Below, piece after piece: positions 16,119-25,644 of a DNA stretch of 30,933 bases. The position numbers were made by a program, and so were the translations under genes. Each line of letters opens with the position of its first letter. Position 1 is the first letter of the stretch. Under the pieces are notes generated by a model. It saw only the letters and a list, made by a program, of their open reading frames with translations, was not told the DNA's origin and made no database searches. Source of the stretch: a virus (lineage: Duplodnaviria > Caudoviricetes); IMG/VR virus record IMGVR_UViG_3300033475_000114, positions 1 through 30,933 of that record; one strand, written 5' to 3'.

Positions 16119-16813
16119 TGGGCAATATTTTCACCGACTTGTTCTCGACCGGGCCGGCTGATCAGGCTGCGGCTGATGCGAAGGCTGGTTACAATACCGG
16201 CGTTTCGAATGCGAACGAGACTCTTGCCGAAGGCCGCAACGCAGCAAATAACTATTACCAAGAAGCCTACGCGCCATTCTCCAGTCTCATCAGTTCGACC
16301 GGGCAGGGTTCGCAGGCGTATGCGGATGCCACGGGTGTCAACGGAACGGCGGGACTGCAGCGAGCGCAGGCGATCTATCAGGCTGATCCTGGCTACAATG
16401 GCGGGTTGACGACTGGCATCGATCAGGTCATGCGGACGAATGCGGCGGCTGGCAATCTCGGAGGCGGCAACAACAGCGCTGACGAAATCAAGTTCGCGAG
16501 CGACTACGACAACCAGAAATACAACCAATACGTATCGTCGCTCGCGCCTTATCTTGGCGCTAACCAGAGTGCGGTCAGCGGCGCGGCGGGTGTTCTCGGT
16601 AACCAGGCCACGACCGATACTGCAATCGCAGGCCAGCAAGCTCAGAACAACTACAATGGCGCGGTGGGGGCGGGGAACGCGCAATCTCAGGCCGATCTAG
16701 CGCCATATCAGGCATCATCGAACTTCTGGAGCGCGCTGACCGGTCTCGGGCAGATGGCGCTAAAGGCTACTGGCGTCGGCGGCTATGCGCCTTCAGTCGC
16801 AAAGGCTGCCTAA
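16118..16813 (+). CDS. DNA ejection/pilot protein (gp7 position)
   Basis: A/G/Q/N-rich, YAPF, DPGY, YNQYVSSL; synteny. Confidence 0.75.
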   Translation: MGNIFTDLFSTGPADQAAADAKAGYNTGVSNANETLAEGRNAANNYYQEAYAPFSSLISSTGQGSQAYADATGVNGTAGLQRAQAIYQADPGYNGGLTTGIDQVMRTNAAAGNLGGGNNSADEIKFASDYDNQKYNQYVSSLAPYLGANQSAVSGAAGVLGNQATTDTAIAGQQAQNNYNGAVGAGNAQSQADLAPYQASSNFWSALTGLGQMALKATGVGGYAPSVAKAA

Positions 16814-18292
16814 ATGGTCGACATCGCGATCCCGCAAGTCAACTTCTACTCGATGTTGTCGGGCCTGGGTGACACATTGCAGGCGAACCGCGTTGCGCAG
16901 GCCAAGAAGGACGCTTTTGCGGCTGCGACCACGCCGGGCCCAGACGGCAAGATCGACTACGGTAAAGCCATTCTCGGCCTAGCACAGGCTGGCGATACGC
17001 AGTCGGCCGCGCTTCTTTCGGCAACTCAGAACCATCAGGATACCCTAAAGCAACAGGCGATCGAAAACGCGCGCGCGGCCCAAGCTGCGGCTACAGCCAA
17101 TCAGCATTTCCAGATGAGCTATGCTCTGCAGAAGCGCGCGGCTGATCGGGCGGACGAAACCCCGCTCGACAAAGCTAATCAGCGCGTTAACGTGTTGAAG
17201 GCGAACGGTATTGATCCAGCCTCTCCCGAAGGGCAGAACTATGTGCTGACGGGTACCTATACCAACAGCGCGCCGAAGAATTTCGTAAAGGGGCCCGATG
17301 GAAGCTATGCGCCCATTCCCGGCGGCCCGACCGATCCGGCTTATCTCGGCGCTGTTGCGGCAGCCAAAGCCAAGGCGCAGTCGGACGTTCCTGGGGGGCT
17401 CTCGCTCAATCCGATCTACGCCAAGGATGCCGATGGGAACACAGTTCTGCTTCAGCCTGGAAAGAATGGCGTTGCGGTACAAAGCAAGCTTCCTGAAGGC
17501 GTTACACTCAACGGCGTTGACGATGAAACCTTGCGGGCCGATGCTGCGCGCCTCAACGCTGGCGATCCTAATGTTCTGAAGAAATATTCAAACAAGGGAC
17601 AGGGCCGCGTCGATCTGCTTCGCCTCAACAACGAGGCAAATCGGCAGCGGGTCGCGGCCGGACAAGACCCGATCGATATTACGCAGAACTATATAACCAC
17701 GCAGGGCGATGTCGCGCGCGAGCGAACCTCCGGCACGATGGAAGGGCGGATGGCGCCAGCTTCGATTGAAGCGCAAGGCGCCTTTAAGATTGCGCAGAAC
17801 TCGCTAGATAACCTTTGGCGCACCAATAACGTCCCGCTTAATCGTTTGCTGCAAATGGGCGAGGCAGCGACTAGCAATCCAGAGCTAAAGGCTGCCAAAG
17901 TCGCGACGAATACAGCCGTGATGACGTATTCCCGCGCCATTGCCCCAACTGGCGTTGGTACCGTGGATGCTCAGCAGCATGCCCGCGATATCCTCGATAG
18001 TGCGGACGGACCCGAGGCTACGAAGGCCGCCTTCGCGCAATTGGCTCGCGAAGTCGATATGGCGCATGCATCTCCTGGAATCGCGCGGCAATACTTCGCT
18101 GCAGCTCGAAAGGCGCGGCTCGAAGGCAAGCCAATGCCGGAAATGCCGCAATATCAGCCTGCACAGCCTCCCGCTCTTCAGCCGCCGCCGGCAGCAATCC
18201 AGGCCCTAAAGCAAGACCCTCGGCGCGCGGCTGACTTTGATGCATACTATGGCGCCGGATCGGCCCGAGCCGTCTTGACCGGCGGGCGCTGA
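16814..18292 (+). CDS. DNA ejection protein (gp20 position)
   Basis: Helical A/Q-rich protein, PIPGGP motif, C-terminal FDAYYGAGSA; synteny. Confidence 0.7.
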   Translation: MVDIAIPQVNFYSMLSGLGDTLQANRVAQAKKDAFAAATTPGPDGKIDYGKAILGLAQAGDTQSAALLSATQNHQDTLKQQAIENARAAQAAATANQHFQMSYALQKRAADRADETPLDKANQRVNVLKANGIDPASPEGQNYVLTGTYTNSAPKNFVKGPDGSYAPIPGGPTDPAYLGAVAAAKAKAQSDVPGGLSLNPIYAKDADGNTVLLQPGKNGVAVQSKLPEGVTLNGVDDETLRADAARLNAGDPNVLKKYSNKGQGRVDLLRLNNEANRQRVAAGQDPIDITQNYITTQGDVARERTSGTMEGRMAPASIEAQGAFKIAQNSLDNLWRTNNVPLNRLLQMGEAATSNPELKAAKVATNTAVMTYSRAIAPTGVGTVDAQQHARDILDSADGPEATKAAFAQLAREVDMAHASPGIARQYFAAARKARLEGKPMPEMPQYQPAQPPALQPPPAAIQALKQDPRRAADFDAYYGAGSARAVLTGGR

Positions 18293-20469
18293 TGGCAAAT
18301 TTTTTCGCGCAATTCCATGACGATCCGCCAGAGGCGGCTCCTGCCGGAGATGTTACGCCGTCAAACTATTTCTCGCGGTTTCATCCTGATGGTCCTCCGA
18401 GCACGGCCGCGCCTCAGGCGGTTCCTGGCCAAAATGGCGCTCCCACGCGCGTCATCATGGATATGACACCCAAGAAACCAGATCACGGTGTCGTTGATGC
18501 CGCTGCGCGAGGTGTGGCGCAAGGCGTGACAGCCAATTTCGGTGACGAAATCCGTGGCCTAATCGAAGCCGGCGGAGCCAACCCAGACGACCCCGCGAGC
18601 GTCTATAAGCTGATCTCGGGCGCTCTGAAATATTGGGGCGGCGATAAAGACGCCAAGAAGCGATATGACGATGCCGTTGCGCGTGAGCGTGAGCTTGATA
18701 AGACGGCAGAGGAGCAGCACCCGGTAGCCTCGACGCTGGGCAATGTCGCCGGTGCCGTAGCGCTCCCGGTTGGTGCCGGCGTCGGCGCGGCCACACTGCC
18801 GGAGCGTATTGCGATCGGCTCTGGCGTAGGTGCTGCCGTGGGAGGCGCTGCGGGAGTCGGTGAGGGGCAGGGCGCGACGGACAGCATTGCGAAGGGCATC
18901 ACAGGCGCCGGAATCGGTGGGCTCCTGGGAGGCGCGGCGCCGGCAGTAGTTGAAGGTGCAGTTCAGGGCGCCCGCGCGGTAGCTCAGCCGATCGTCAACA
19001 CTATTCGCGGCATTCGTGATCCCGAGGGGGAGGCCGCGCGTAGGGTGGCGCTTGGTATCCAGCGGGACATACAGACCGACCCGCAGGCCGCATCCCGCCT
19101 CACACCGCAGGAGTTTACCCAGAACGTACAATCCGGCGGTCCCGCGACCGTTATGGATCTCGGTGGCGAGACGACGCGCGCGCTGGCGCGGTCCGCCGCG
19201 AATACTTCGCCAGAAGGTCGCGCCGTGCTCAACCGGGCGATCAATGATCGGTTCGAGGGACAGTCGGATCGGGTAACAGGATGGCTCAACCAGAATTACA
19301 ATCACCCGGACGCTTTCCAGCTCGAAAAGGCCATTCGAGAGGAAGGCAAGAAGGCCAACGGGCCGGCCTATCAGCGTGTCATGGCGGCGCATCCAGTCGT
19401 CAATGTGCCATCCGAAATCACCGATCGCCCCGCCGTCGCACAGGCGATGAAAGATGCCGTTTCGCTGGCGAAGAACTATGGCGAAAAGCTGCAGGGCGAA
19501 CCTGAAGTCAAGACGATCATTTCGGGACCGGGATACCATATCGCAGACGATGTTCCTAACTCGGCCAAAACCAGCCTACGCTATTGGGACTATGTCAAAA
19601 AGGCATTGGATGCGCGGATCGAGGGCGCGAAACGCCGTGGCGGCATCGAGGATCTGAACAGCAAGCAGAAGGCTGACTTCCGAGGGCTTGTCGACGCGCG
19701 CAATGCCCTGGTCGATCATTTGGACTTCGTTGCTCCTGAATATGCCCAGGCGCGCGCTGGCGCCGCGGCCTATTTCGGAGCCGAAGACGCGCTCGATGCC
19801 GGCCGCAAGATACTCACATCAAAGATGAAGAATTCGGAGATCGCGTCCGGCCTCGCAAAGATGACGCCCGGCGAGCGAAAGCTGGCTCAGGATGGGTTTG
19901 TCTCGGAATATGTCTCAATGCTGCGCGAGCAAGGCGATCGCCGCAGCGTCTTGAACAAGATTGCTCAGTCCCCGGCCGCGCGTGAGCGCATCGCAATGGT
20001 GCTCGGAAAAGCGAAGGCCGATGAGCTAGAATCGGTCCTGCGCGTCGAAGGAGTCATGGATCTTGCCAGGGGAGCAGTGCAGGGCAATTCAACGACAGCG
20101 CGGCAATTGGCGGAACTCGGGCTTGCCGGCGGTGCTGGCCTGGCAACCAACGGCGACTTTTCGAACTTGCACCCGTCCGCATTGATGAGCGCGGCACTCG
20201 TTTATGGCGCCGCGAAAGGCCACGGAAAGATTAATGAAGCGGTATCGCGAAAGGTCGCGGAGCTTTTAACCTCGAACAACCCGCGGATACTGCTGCGGGG
20301 CATTCAGATGGTCGCAAAGAACAATCAACTCTTCAGCGCTTTGCGCCGGGCTGATCAGGGGCTTGCTCGAGCGGGGGCCAACCAAGCTCCCGTTGCGCCG
20401 GCTCTTCAAGCGATTGGCATAAGCCGCGCCGACGATCAGCCAGACGTTCCACGGCCACCAGGCCAGTAA
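18292..20469 (+). CDS. Large DNA ejection protein (gp16 position)
   Basis: N-terminal NFFAQF/NYFSRF repeat, Gly/Ala hydrophobic segments, GNSTTARQ; synteny. Confidence 0.75.
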   Translation: MANFFAQFHDDPPEAAPAGDVTPSNYFSRFHPDGPPSTAAPQAVPGQNGAPTRVIMDMTPKKPDHGVVDAAARGVAQGVTANFGDEIRGLIEAGGANPDDPASVYKLISGALKYWGGDKDAKKRYDDAVARERELDKTAEEQHPVASTLGNVAGAVALPVGAGVGAATLPERIAIGSGVGAAVGGAAGVGEGQGATDSIAKGITGAGIGGLLGGAAPAVVEGAVQGARAVAQPIVNTIRGIRDPEGEAARRVALGIQRDIQTDPQAASRLTPQEFTQNVQSGGPATVMDLGGETTRALARSAANTSPEGRAVLNRAINDRFEGQSDRVTGWLNQNYNHPDAFQLEKAIREEGKKANGPAYQRVMAAHPVVNVPSEITDRPAVAQAMKDAVSLAKNYGEKLQGEPEVKTIISGPGYHIADDVPNSAKTSLRYWDYVKKALDARIEGAKRRGGIEDLNSKQKADFRGLVDARNALVDHLDFVAPEYAQARAGAAAYFGAEDALDAGRKILTSKMKNSEIASGLAKMTPGERKLAQDGFVSEYVSMLREQGDRRSVLNKIAQSPAARERIAMVLGKAKADELESVLRVEGVMDLARGAVQGNSTTARQLAELGLAGGAGLATNGDFSNLHPSALMSAALVYGAAKGHGKINEAVSRKVAELLTSNNPRILLRGIQMVAKNNQLFSALRRADQGLARAGANQAPVAPALQAIGISRADDQPDVPRPPGQ

Positions 20470-20496
20470 GAAAACGCCAACGCAGTAGATCAACAG

Positions 20497-20524
20497 GGCC
20501 GCTCGCAAGGGCGGCTTTTTCTTT
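20497..20524 (+). terminator. Intrinsic terminator before the fibre module
   Basis: GGCCGCTC-GCAA-GGGCGGCT-TTTTCTTT. Confidence 0.85.
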
Positions 20525-20533
20525 GAGGCCTCA

Positions 20534-21565
20534 ATGATCTTCAAACGTCTCACCGTCGCGCTCGCGGCGCTCTTTGCGCTGGCTGGACCTGCCTTCGCCT
20601 CGGGCACCATACCATTCAGCCTGTCCCAGCAGTTCGACCAGTTCGGCAAACCTCTGGCGGGATGCCTATTCTACACAATCCAGGCGGGTACGACCAGCAC
20701 CCCGCAAAACGCCTTTCAAGATAGTGCGTTAACGATTCCGCTTCCGAACCCGCAGACTTGCGACGCGGCCGGCCGTTTGCCTCAGATGTTCCTGGCCGAC
20801 GGGACAATCAAGGTCCGGCTGACTGACAAGAACGGAACCGCAATTCTGGTTGTCGACAATATCCAGGTTGTCGGCGCGTCGTCCGGCTCAGGTGGTGGCG
20901 GCACGGTCGATCCGACCACGATCCTCGCCACGGGTGACATCAAGGTTACCTACGGCACCGGCACGATTTCAGGATTTGTCCGAGCCAACGGTCGCACGAT
21001 CGGATCTGCGAGTTCAGGCGCAACTGAGCGAGCCAATGCTGATTGCCAAGCGCTCTTTGAGGATCTCTGGGATGCTGATGCGAACCTAACCGTCTCCGGT
21101 GGTCGAGGAGCGACAGCGGCAGCGGATTGGGCCGCAAACAAGCAGCTAACATTGCCGGACATGCGCGGCCGCACAATCGCCGGCCTTGATGATATGGGCA
21201 ACACGGCTGCGGGAAGACTTACATCGACCTATTTCGGAGCAACTCCTACCCTTCTGGGTGCTGGAGGCGGCGCACAGAACCACACGCTCAGCGCTTTCGA
21301 GATTCCTCAAATTCTCTCCACCAATGAAGGCAACACCACCATCAGTGGAAATACGTCTGGTATTCCTTCGGGAGATCAGGGTCATAGCACGACTGGTGGT
21401 GGCAACATCAACGTTGATACTTATGAAAATCCAATAAACCAAGGCTACGCGGTTACATCCACTCTCGGGACTCATACGTTGGATATCCGATCGGATAACA
21501 CCGGCGGCCAGCCGCATTCGATCGTTCAGCCTACAATGCTCGCCACCATCTATATCAAGCTCTGA
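20534..21565 (+). CDS. Tail fibre/appendage protein with virion-attachment N-domain and tail-collar-like domain, preceded by a signal peptide
   Basis: QQFDQFGKPLAG...AGTTSTP...NPQTCDAAGR; GFVRANGRTI, LPDMRGRTIAG, GGGAQNHTL, GGQPHSIVQPT..YIKL; N-terminus MIFKRLTVALAALFALAGPAFA. Confidence 0.85.
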   Translation: MIFKRLTVALAALFALAGPAFASGTIPFSLSQQFDQFGKPLAGCLFYTIQAGTTSTPQNAFQDSALTIPLPNPQTCDAAGRLPQMFLADGTIKVRLTDKNGTAILVVDNIQVVGASSGSGGGGTVDPTTILATGDIKVTYGTGTISGFVRANGRTIGSASSGATERANADCQALFEDLWDADANLTVSGGRGATAAADWAANKQLTLPDMRGRTIAGLDDMGNTAAGRLTSTYFGATPTLLGAGGGAQNHTLSAFEIPQILSTNEGNTTISGNTSGIPSGDQGHSTTGGGNINVDTYENPINQGYAVTSTLGTHTLDIRSDNTGGQPHSIVQPTMLATIYIKL

Positions 21566-21574
21566 GGGCTCGCG

Positions 21575-21916
21575 ATGTCCATCACCCTCAACAGCGCTCA
21601 GCCGAATAACGCAGACTGGAAAACGCAATTCCAGTTCACGGATGGCGAAACGGGCGACCTGATCGATTTCACAGGCGCCGATATCGAAATCGTGGTTCGA
21701 GATCATGACCGTTGCCATCGGATCACGGCATCGACAGACAACGGTATGATCTCGATTATTTCGGCCGGTGTCTTTGAACTCGACGTTCCCGCGAGTTCGA
21801 TGGAGTGCTTGCGGCCGGGAAGCTATGAAATTGGCGGTGTCTACCAGTTGAACGGCGAAACGATCTCGCTGTTCACCGGCTCGCTCTCGATCATCAACGG
21901 GGTTGCGCGCCTATGA
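21575..21916 (+). CDS. Ig-like tail adaptor (BppU N-terminal-like)
   Basis: FTDGETGDLIDFTGADIEIVVRD...STDNGMI...LRPGSYE...LFTGSLSIINGV. Confidence 0.65.
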   Translation: MSITLNSAQPNNADWKTQFQFTDGETGDLIDFTGADIEIVVRDHDRCHRITASTDNGMISIISAGVFELDVPASSMECLRPGSYEIGGVYQLNGETISLFTGSLSIINGVARL

Positions 21917-22467
21917 CGACGCCCCTTCTCAAGATCAAGATATTCCCTAAGCCGGTCATCAAGGGGAAGATGGATGTCCGTTTCCCGGCGAATGTCCAAA
22001 CCAAGAACTTCCTGACGGTCGATCGCTCGAACGGGGTTTATACGTTCGATGTAGATTATTCCGTCTTAGAAGAGATAACATCGTTTGATCCAAGCCAAGA
22101 GCTGATTGCGGTCCAAGGTCGTTCCGGTATTTGGAATCTCCTCAGTCTGGCGACCTTGTTTTCTATCACGACGCAAACTGAACAGCACATAACGAGTGCT
22201 GGGCCGGTCACGATAACTAACACTGCCGGCATCGTTCGCGTCGATCAAACGGTCGGCGCGCCCATCACTCTAACGTTGCCTTTAGCGTCGGACAAAACCT
22301 GTCCTGTGTTGATCGCGGATTGGAAAATGGACGCTGGAACCAACAATATTACGTACGAGACTTCCGGCAGCGACACGTTCCCCGGCGGTCTTACAAGCCG
22401 AAAACTTCGCGCAGATGGCGCGAGCGTATTTCTCAGGCCGATACCTGGAGTTGGCTACGCGCTATGA
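21913..22467 (+). CDS. Tail fibre-associated adaptor protein
   Basis: C-terminal ITLTLP...LIADWKMDAGTNNIT...GSDTF beta domain common in fibre proteins; ATGA-coupled. Confidence 0.7.
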   Translation: MTTPLLKIKIFPKPVIKGKMDVRFPANVQTKNFLTVDRSNGVYTFDVDYSVLEEITSFDPSQELIAVQGRSGIWNLLSLATLFSITTQTEQHITSAGPVTITNTAGIVRVDQTVGAPITLTLPLASDKTCPVLIADWKMDAGTNNITYETSGSDTFPGGLTSRKLRADGASVFLRPIPGVGYAL

Positions 22468-23909
22468 ACTGCCTCCATAAGCTTCTTCTCGCGGCTGCTT
22501 CGGCAGCCTTTTTTATTGCGCCCATCCAAGCGCAGAACGCGGGCACGGTTACGAACCATGCCTTTGCGATCGGTGCCGGCTCCGGCAACGACGGCTATAC
22601 GTCGCTTCTCTGCACATCAGCCCAGCTCGCCGTAGGACAGGCATCCGCTGATCCAATCTGCCAGACAATTACGGGCGATGTGACGATATCGGCGGCCGGC
22701 GTCACGGCGATCGGATCGACCGTCGTTCATTCGTCGATGCTTAATGCTGACGTGTTTTCGACTGCGCATAGCTGGAGCGGGCAGCAGACCTTTACCGCGC
22801 CCGTGCTCGGCACGCCCGCTTCTGGCACTCTGACGAACGCCACGGGCTTGCCAATTTCGACGGGCGTTTCCGGCCTCGGTACTGGCGTTGCGACGTTCCT
22901 TGGCACCCCAAGCAGCGCAAACCTTAAGACCGCTGTGACGGATGAAACTGGATCTGGATCGCTCGTCTTTGCGTCCTCGCCAACTCTCGTAACTCCAGCC
23001 CTTGGCACTCCGTCCTCCGGCGTTCTGACCAATGCAACCGGTCTCCCGATCTCAACTGGCGTAAGCGGGCTTGCAACGGGCATCGCGACGTTCCTGGGAA
23101 CGCCATCAAGCGCCAATCTGCGCGCAGCATTGACCGATGAAGTCGGGACCGGCGCGGCCTATTTCGTCGGAGGTGCGCTCGGAACGCCTGCTTCCGGCAC
23201 GGCAACTAACCTGACAGGTCTCCCTCTAACGACTGGTGTTACGGGGACGCTTCCAAAGGCAAATGGCGGCCTTGGTGCTACCACGCTCAGTTCTGCGCTC
23301 GACACTGAATTCAGCGCGACACAAGGAAGCGTCCTTTATCGTAACGCCACGCAGTGGGTAGCGTTGGCTCCCGGCAGCGCGGGTCAATTCCTCACGACCC
23401 AAGGAACCGGTGCGAATCCAAATTGGTCATCTGGTGGCGCCGGAACTGGTACGGTTACTTCGGTCACATGCTTTGGAACGGCAATCACTGCGTCTGGTAC
23501 CTGCACGACAGCAGCAACCAAGTCGGATCAACAGACCGGAACCAGCACAACCGCTGTAGTTACGCCATCGATTCAGCAGCAGCACCCCAGCGCCGATAAG
23601 GCAGCTGGCTACTTCACCGTAGCAAGTGGAGTCGTTACCAGTAAATATATGTACAACGCGTCTGTGGCGAGAAGCTCTAACGGCATCTTTGTCATCACCT
23701 TCACGACGCCGTTCGCGAATACGAACTACGGTTGTGTAGTGACTCCTGAAATTAACGGATCAACGACCGATGGTGCGTTCGCGTTTGTATTGCCGAACGC
23801 TACCGTAGCGCGGACCACGACACAGGTTCAGATCCGCTTCGTCAATCAGCCGATGACGGCCGCGACCGATCCACTAGGCGCCGATTTCAGGTGTTTCGGC
23901 GATCAGTAA
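22464..23909 (+). CDS. Tail fibre protein with internal repeats and signal peptide, 481 aa
   Basis: Start at ATGA 22464 (MNCLHKLLLAAASAAFFIAPIQA); G/T/S/A-rich; GSVLYRNATQW...GQFLTTQGTGANPNW; C-terminal NGIFVITFTTPFANTNY domain. Confidence 0.85.
   Translation: MNCLHKLLLAAASAAFFIAPIQAQNAGTVTNHAFAIGAGSGNDGYTSLLCTSAQLAVGQASADPICQTITGDVTISAAGVTAIGSTVVHSSMLNADVFSTAHSWSGQQTFTAPVLGTPASGTLTNATGLPISTGVSGLGTGVATFLGTPSSANLKTAVTDETGSGSLVFASSPTLVTPALGTPSSGVLTNATGLPISTGVSGLATGIATFLGTPSSANLRAALTDEVGTGAAYFVGGALGTPASGTATNLTGLPLTTGVTGTLPKANGGLGATTLSSALDTEFSATQGSVLYRNATQWVALAPGSAGQFLTTQGTGANPNWSSGGAGTGTVTSVTCFGTAITASGTCTTAATKSDQQTGTSTTAVVTPSIQQQHPSADKAAGYFTVASGVVTSKYMYNASVARSSNGIFVITFTTPFANTNYGCVVTPEINGSTTDGAFAFVLPNATVARTTTQVQIRFVNQPMTAATDPLGADFRCFGDQ
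22796..23260 (+). repeat. Coding tandem repeat in the fibre shaft (two ~64-aa units plus a partial third)
   Basis: LGTP[AS]SG..TN.TGLP..TGV occurs three times; ATFLGTPSSANL..A.TDE.G twice; boundaries approximate. Confidence 0.85.
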
Positions 23910-23934
23910 CCGCTGAAAAGAGATCAAGTCTCGC

Positions 23935-23959
23935 GCCGCCTTCGGGCGGCTTTTTCTTT
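23935..23959 (+). terminator. Intrinsic terminator before the lysis genes
   Basis: GCCGCC-TTCG-GGCGGC-TTTTTCTTT. Confidence 0.88.
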
Positions 23960-23975
23960 GAAAAGGGACCATCAA

Positions 23976-24488
23976 ATGGTTGACCAAGCTCCTCCGTGGC
24001 TGACTTGGGCTCGCAAAGAGATCGGTCAGCGAGAATTGCCAGAAAATCGCGGCCCTGTGATCCGGAGATATATCGCCCTGGCTCACTGCGGCGCCGAGGG
24101 AGAGCCCTGGTGTGCGATATTCTGCAACGCCGCTCTTGAGGCAAATGGTATCCCCGGAACGCGCTCTCCGGGCTCTCAGTCCTTCCGCCATGACGCCAAC
24201 TTCGTGCAGCTCGCCGGGCCGGCGCTCGGCGCTATCACGGTCTATTGGCGCATCTCGAAATCCTCCGGCCTCGGTCACGTCGGCTTCTATGAAGGCGAGG
24301 ACGGGCACGGCTACATCAACACGCTCGGCGGCAATGAAAGTGACATGGTCAGAGAGGAGCTATTGAATCCTCACGGCGCGACGTTCGGCCTGGTCGGCTA
24401 CTACTGGCCCAAGTCTGTGCCGCTGCCTGCGATCGGCAAGCTGCCTTTACAGGTCGCAGCCTCGATCGGCTCGGGCAAGGTCACCTGA
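23976..24488 (+). CDS. Endolysin, NlpC/P60-CHAP type (TIGR02594-like)
   Basis: PPWLTWARKEIGQRE, EPWCAIFCN, GHVGFY, LGGNESD, YYWP. Confidence 0.88.
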   Translation: MVDQAPPWLTWARKEIGQRELPENRGPVIRRYIALAHCGAEGEPWCAIFCNAALEANGIPGTRSPGSQSFRHDANFVQLAGPALGAITVYWRISKSSGLGHVGFYEGEDGHGYINTLGGNESDMVREELLNPHGATFGLVGYYWPKSVPLPAIGKLPLQVAASIGSGKVT

Positions 24489-24489
24489 C

Positions 24490-24642
24490 ATGCTCAATAT
24501 TCTCTGTCTGCTCGCCGGCTTCCTGATCGGCTGGTGCCTGATCGGCTCTGTCATCGTTTTCGTCATTCCCGAAGGCCAATGGGCCGGCGTCCCTCGCTGG
24601 CGCGCAGCCCTGACTTGGCCTTTGGCGTTCGTTCAAGAGTAA
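24490..24642 (+). CDS. Small membrane protein, 50 aa (MLNILCLLAGFLIGWCLIGSVIVFVIP...WPLAFVQE)
   Basis: Read manually; starts 1 nt after the endolysin stop; one TM helix. Confidence 0.6.
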   Translation: MLNILCLLAGFLIGWCLIGSVIVFVIPEGQWAGVPRWRAALTWPLAFVQE

Positions 24643-24694
24643 CCGTCGCGCGACGGCCTCGCGCACCTAAGCATCACATCGTTGGAGAATTTAA

Positions 24695-24946
24695 GTGTGG
24701 AACTCTAACACTTTCCACAACGCGGCGAATATTGCCAGCCTGCTTCTTGCGGCCGGCACCGCTGCGTTGCTCGCCTCTGGCTGCAGCCAGTCTGCAACCG
24801 GAGTTTTCGACTGCTCGCATTCCTGGATCAACCCGACCTACACCACGGTAGCGATCGGCGTCCTCCAGGCGGCAAAGCTCACCGTCAACATGGTTCGCGA
24901 CGGCCTTGGCGGTCTCGTGAAGCCCCAGCCTCCGGTTTTGAAATAA
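24695..24946 (+). CDS. Holin-like two-TM protein
   Basis: GGAG SD, GTG start; two hydrophobic segments flanking a C-x9-C loop; lysis cluster position. Confidence 0.65.
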   Translation: MWNSNTFHNAANIASLLLAAGTAALLASGCSQSATGVFDCSHSWINPTYTTVAIGVLQAAKLTVNMVRDGLGGLVKPQPPVLK

Positions 24947-24955
24947 GGAGATATC

Positions 24956-25351
24956 ATGCGCAAACATCTTGCCGCAGTGCTCGTGCTCGGCTTGGCTCTC
25001 GGCGGCTGCGCTTCCGAGCTGCAGAAGCTTAAAACCGTCTATTCGGTCGTCACCGATACAACGGTTTCGCCGTCCACAATCATCGTGGCGGCCAACTCAT
25101 TCGATGCACTGGAGGCGACGGCAACGCAGTACCTGACCTATTGCAAGGCCAATCTGTCGACCTCGGCCTGTTCAGCCGACAATCGCCGGACGGTCATCAA
25201 GGCAGTCCGCGCCGGCCGAGCGGCGCGCAATCAGCTTGAAACCTACGTCACCAACAACACTGCGGCGCCGAGCGCGATCTACAACGCCCTCGTTGCTGCG
25301 ATCAACACCCTGAACACTTCTGCCGCTGCTACCACGGGAGCCTCGAAATGA
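24956..25351 (+). CDS. Lipoprotein, spanin candidate
   Basis: MRKHLAAVLVLGLALGG-C lipobox; AAGGAG SD; helical body. Confidence 0.8.
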   Translation: MRKHLAAVLVLGLALGGCASELQKLKTVYSVVTDTTVSPSTIIVAANSFDALEATATQYLTYCKANLSTSACSADNRRTVIKAVRAGRAARNQLETYVTNNTAAPSAIYNALVAAINTLNTSAAATTGASK

Positions 25352-25644
25352 CCGCAGCACTTACCGCCGTCCTCGCTCTCATTGAGCAGATTCTGCCGCT
25401 TCTCGGTTCGAGCCAGGCCAACCTGATCGCCTCGATCATCGATGCCCTGACCAAATGGCTCCCGCTGATCATTCAGGAAGTTTCGGCGCTATACACGCCG
25501 GTAAAGAACATCATCGAGGCGCTGTCAGCCAATCCGGCAACGACTGCCGATCAGCTCGCCACGCTGCAGCAACTCGACGCCCAGGTCGATACGGCTTTCG
25601 AGGCGGCGGCGGCTGCGGTCGATCCTGACGCGCCTGCGGCCTGA
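25348..25644 (+). CDS. Amphipathic helical protein, putative lysis accessory
   Basis: ATGA-coupled to the lipoprotein; Leu/Ala/Ile-rich. Confidence 0.75.
   Translation: MTAALTAVLALIEQILPLLGSSQANLIASIIDALTKWLPLIIQEVSALYTPVKNIIEALSANPATTADQLATLQQLDAQVDTAFEAAAAAVDPDAPAA

Noticed and set aside
8028-19539. Long antisense ORFs (e.g. 8028..9203, 9794..10450, 10862..11725, 15986..16684, 18559..19539)
   Set aside because: Shadows of GC-rich sense genes that have clear motifs; no recognisable domains
22320-22463. ORF-track upstream start for the fibre (and similarly 3976, 6810, 4807 and 1339 for other genes)
   Set aside because: Extensions overlap neighbouring genes or operators; coupled or SD-supported downstream starts fit better
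20534-23909. Diversity-generating retroelement or invertase-based fibre switching
   Set aside because: No reverse transcriptase, template repeat or recombinase seen in the window
24695-24946. LASG-C read as a lipobox (o-spanin)
   Set aside because: Cys is at position 30 with no basic n-region, and a second hydrophobic helix follows; a two-TM holin-like topology fits better
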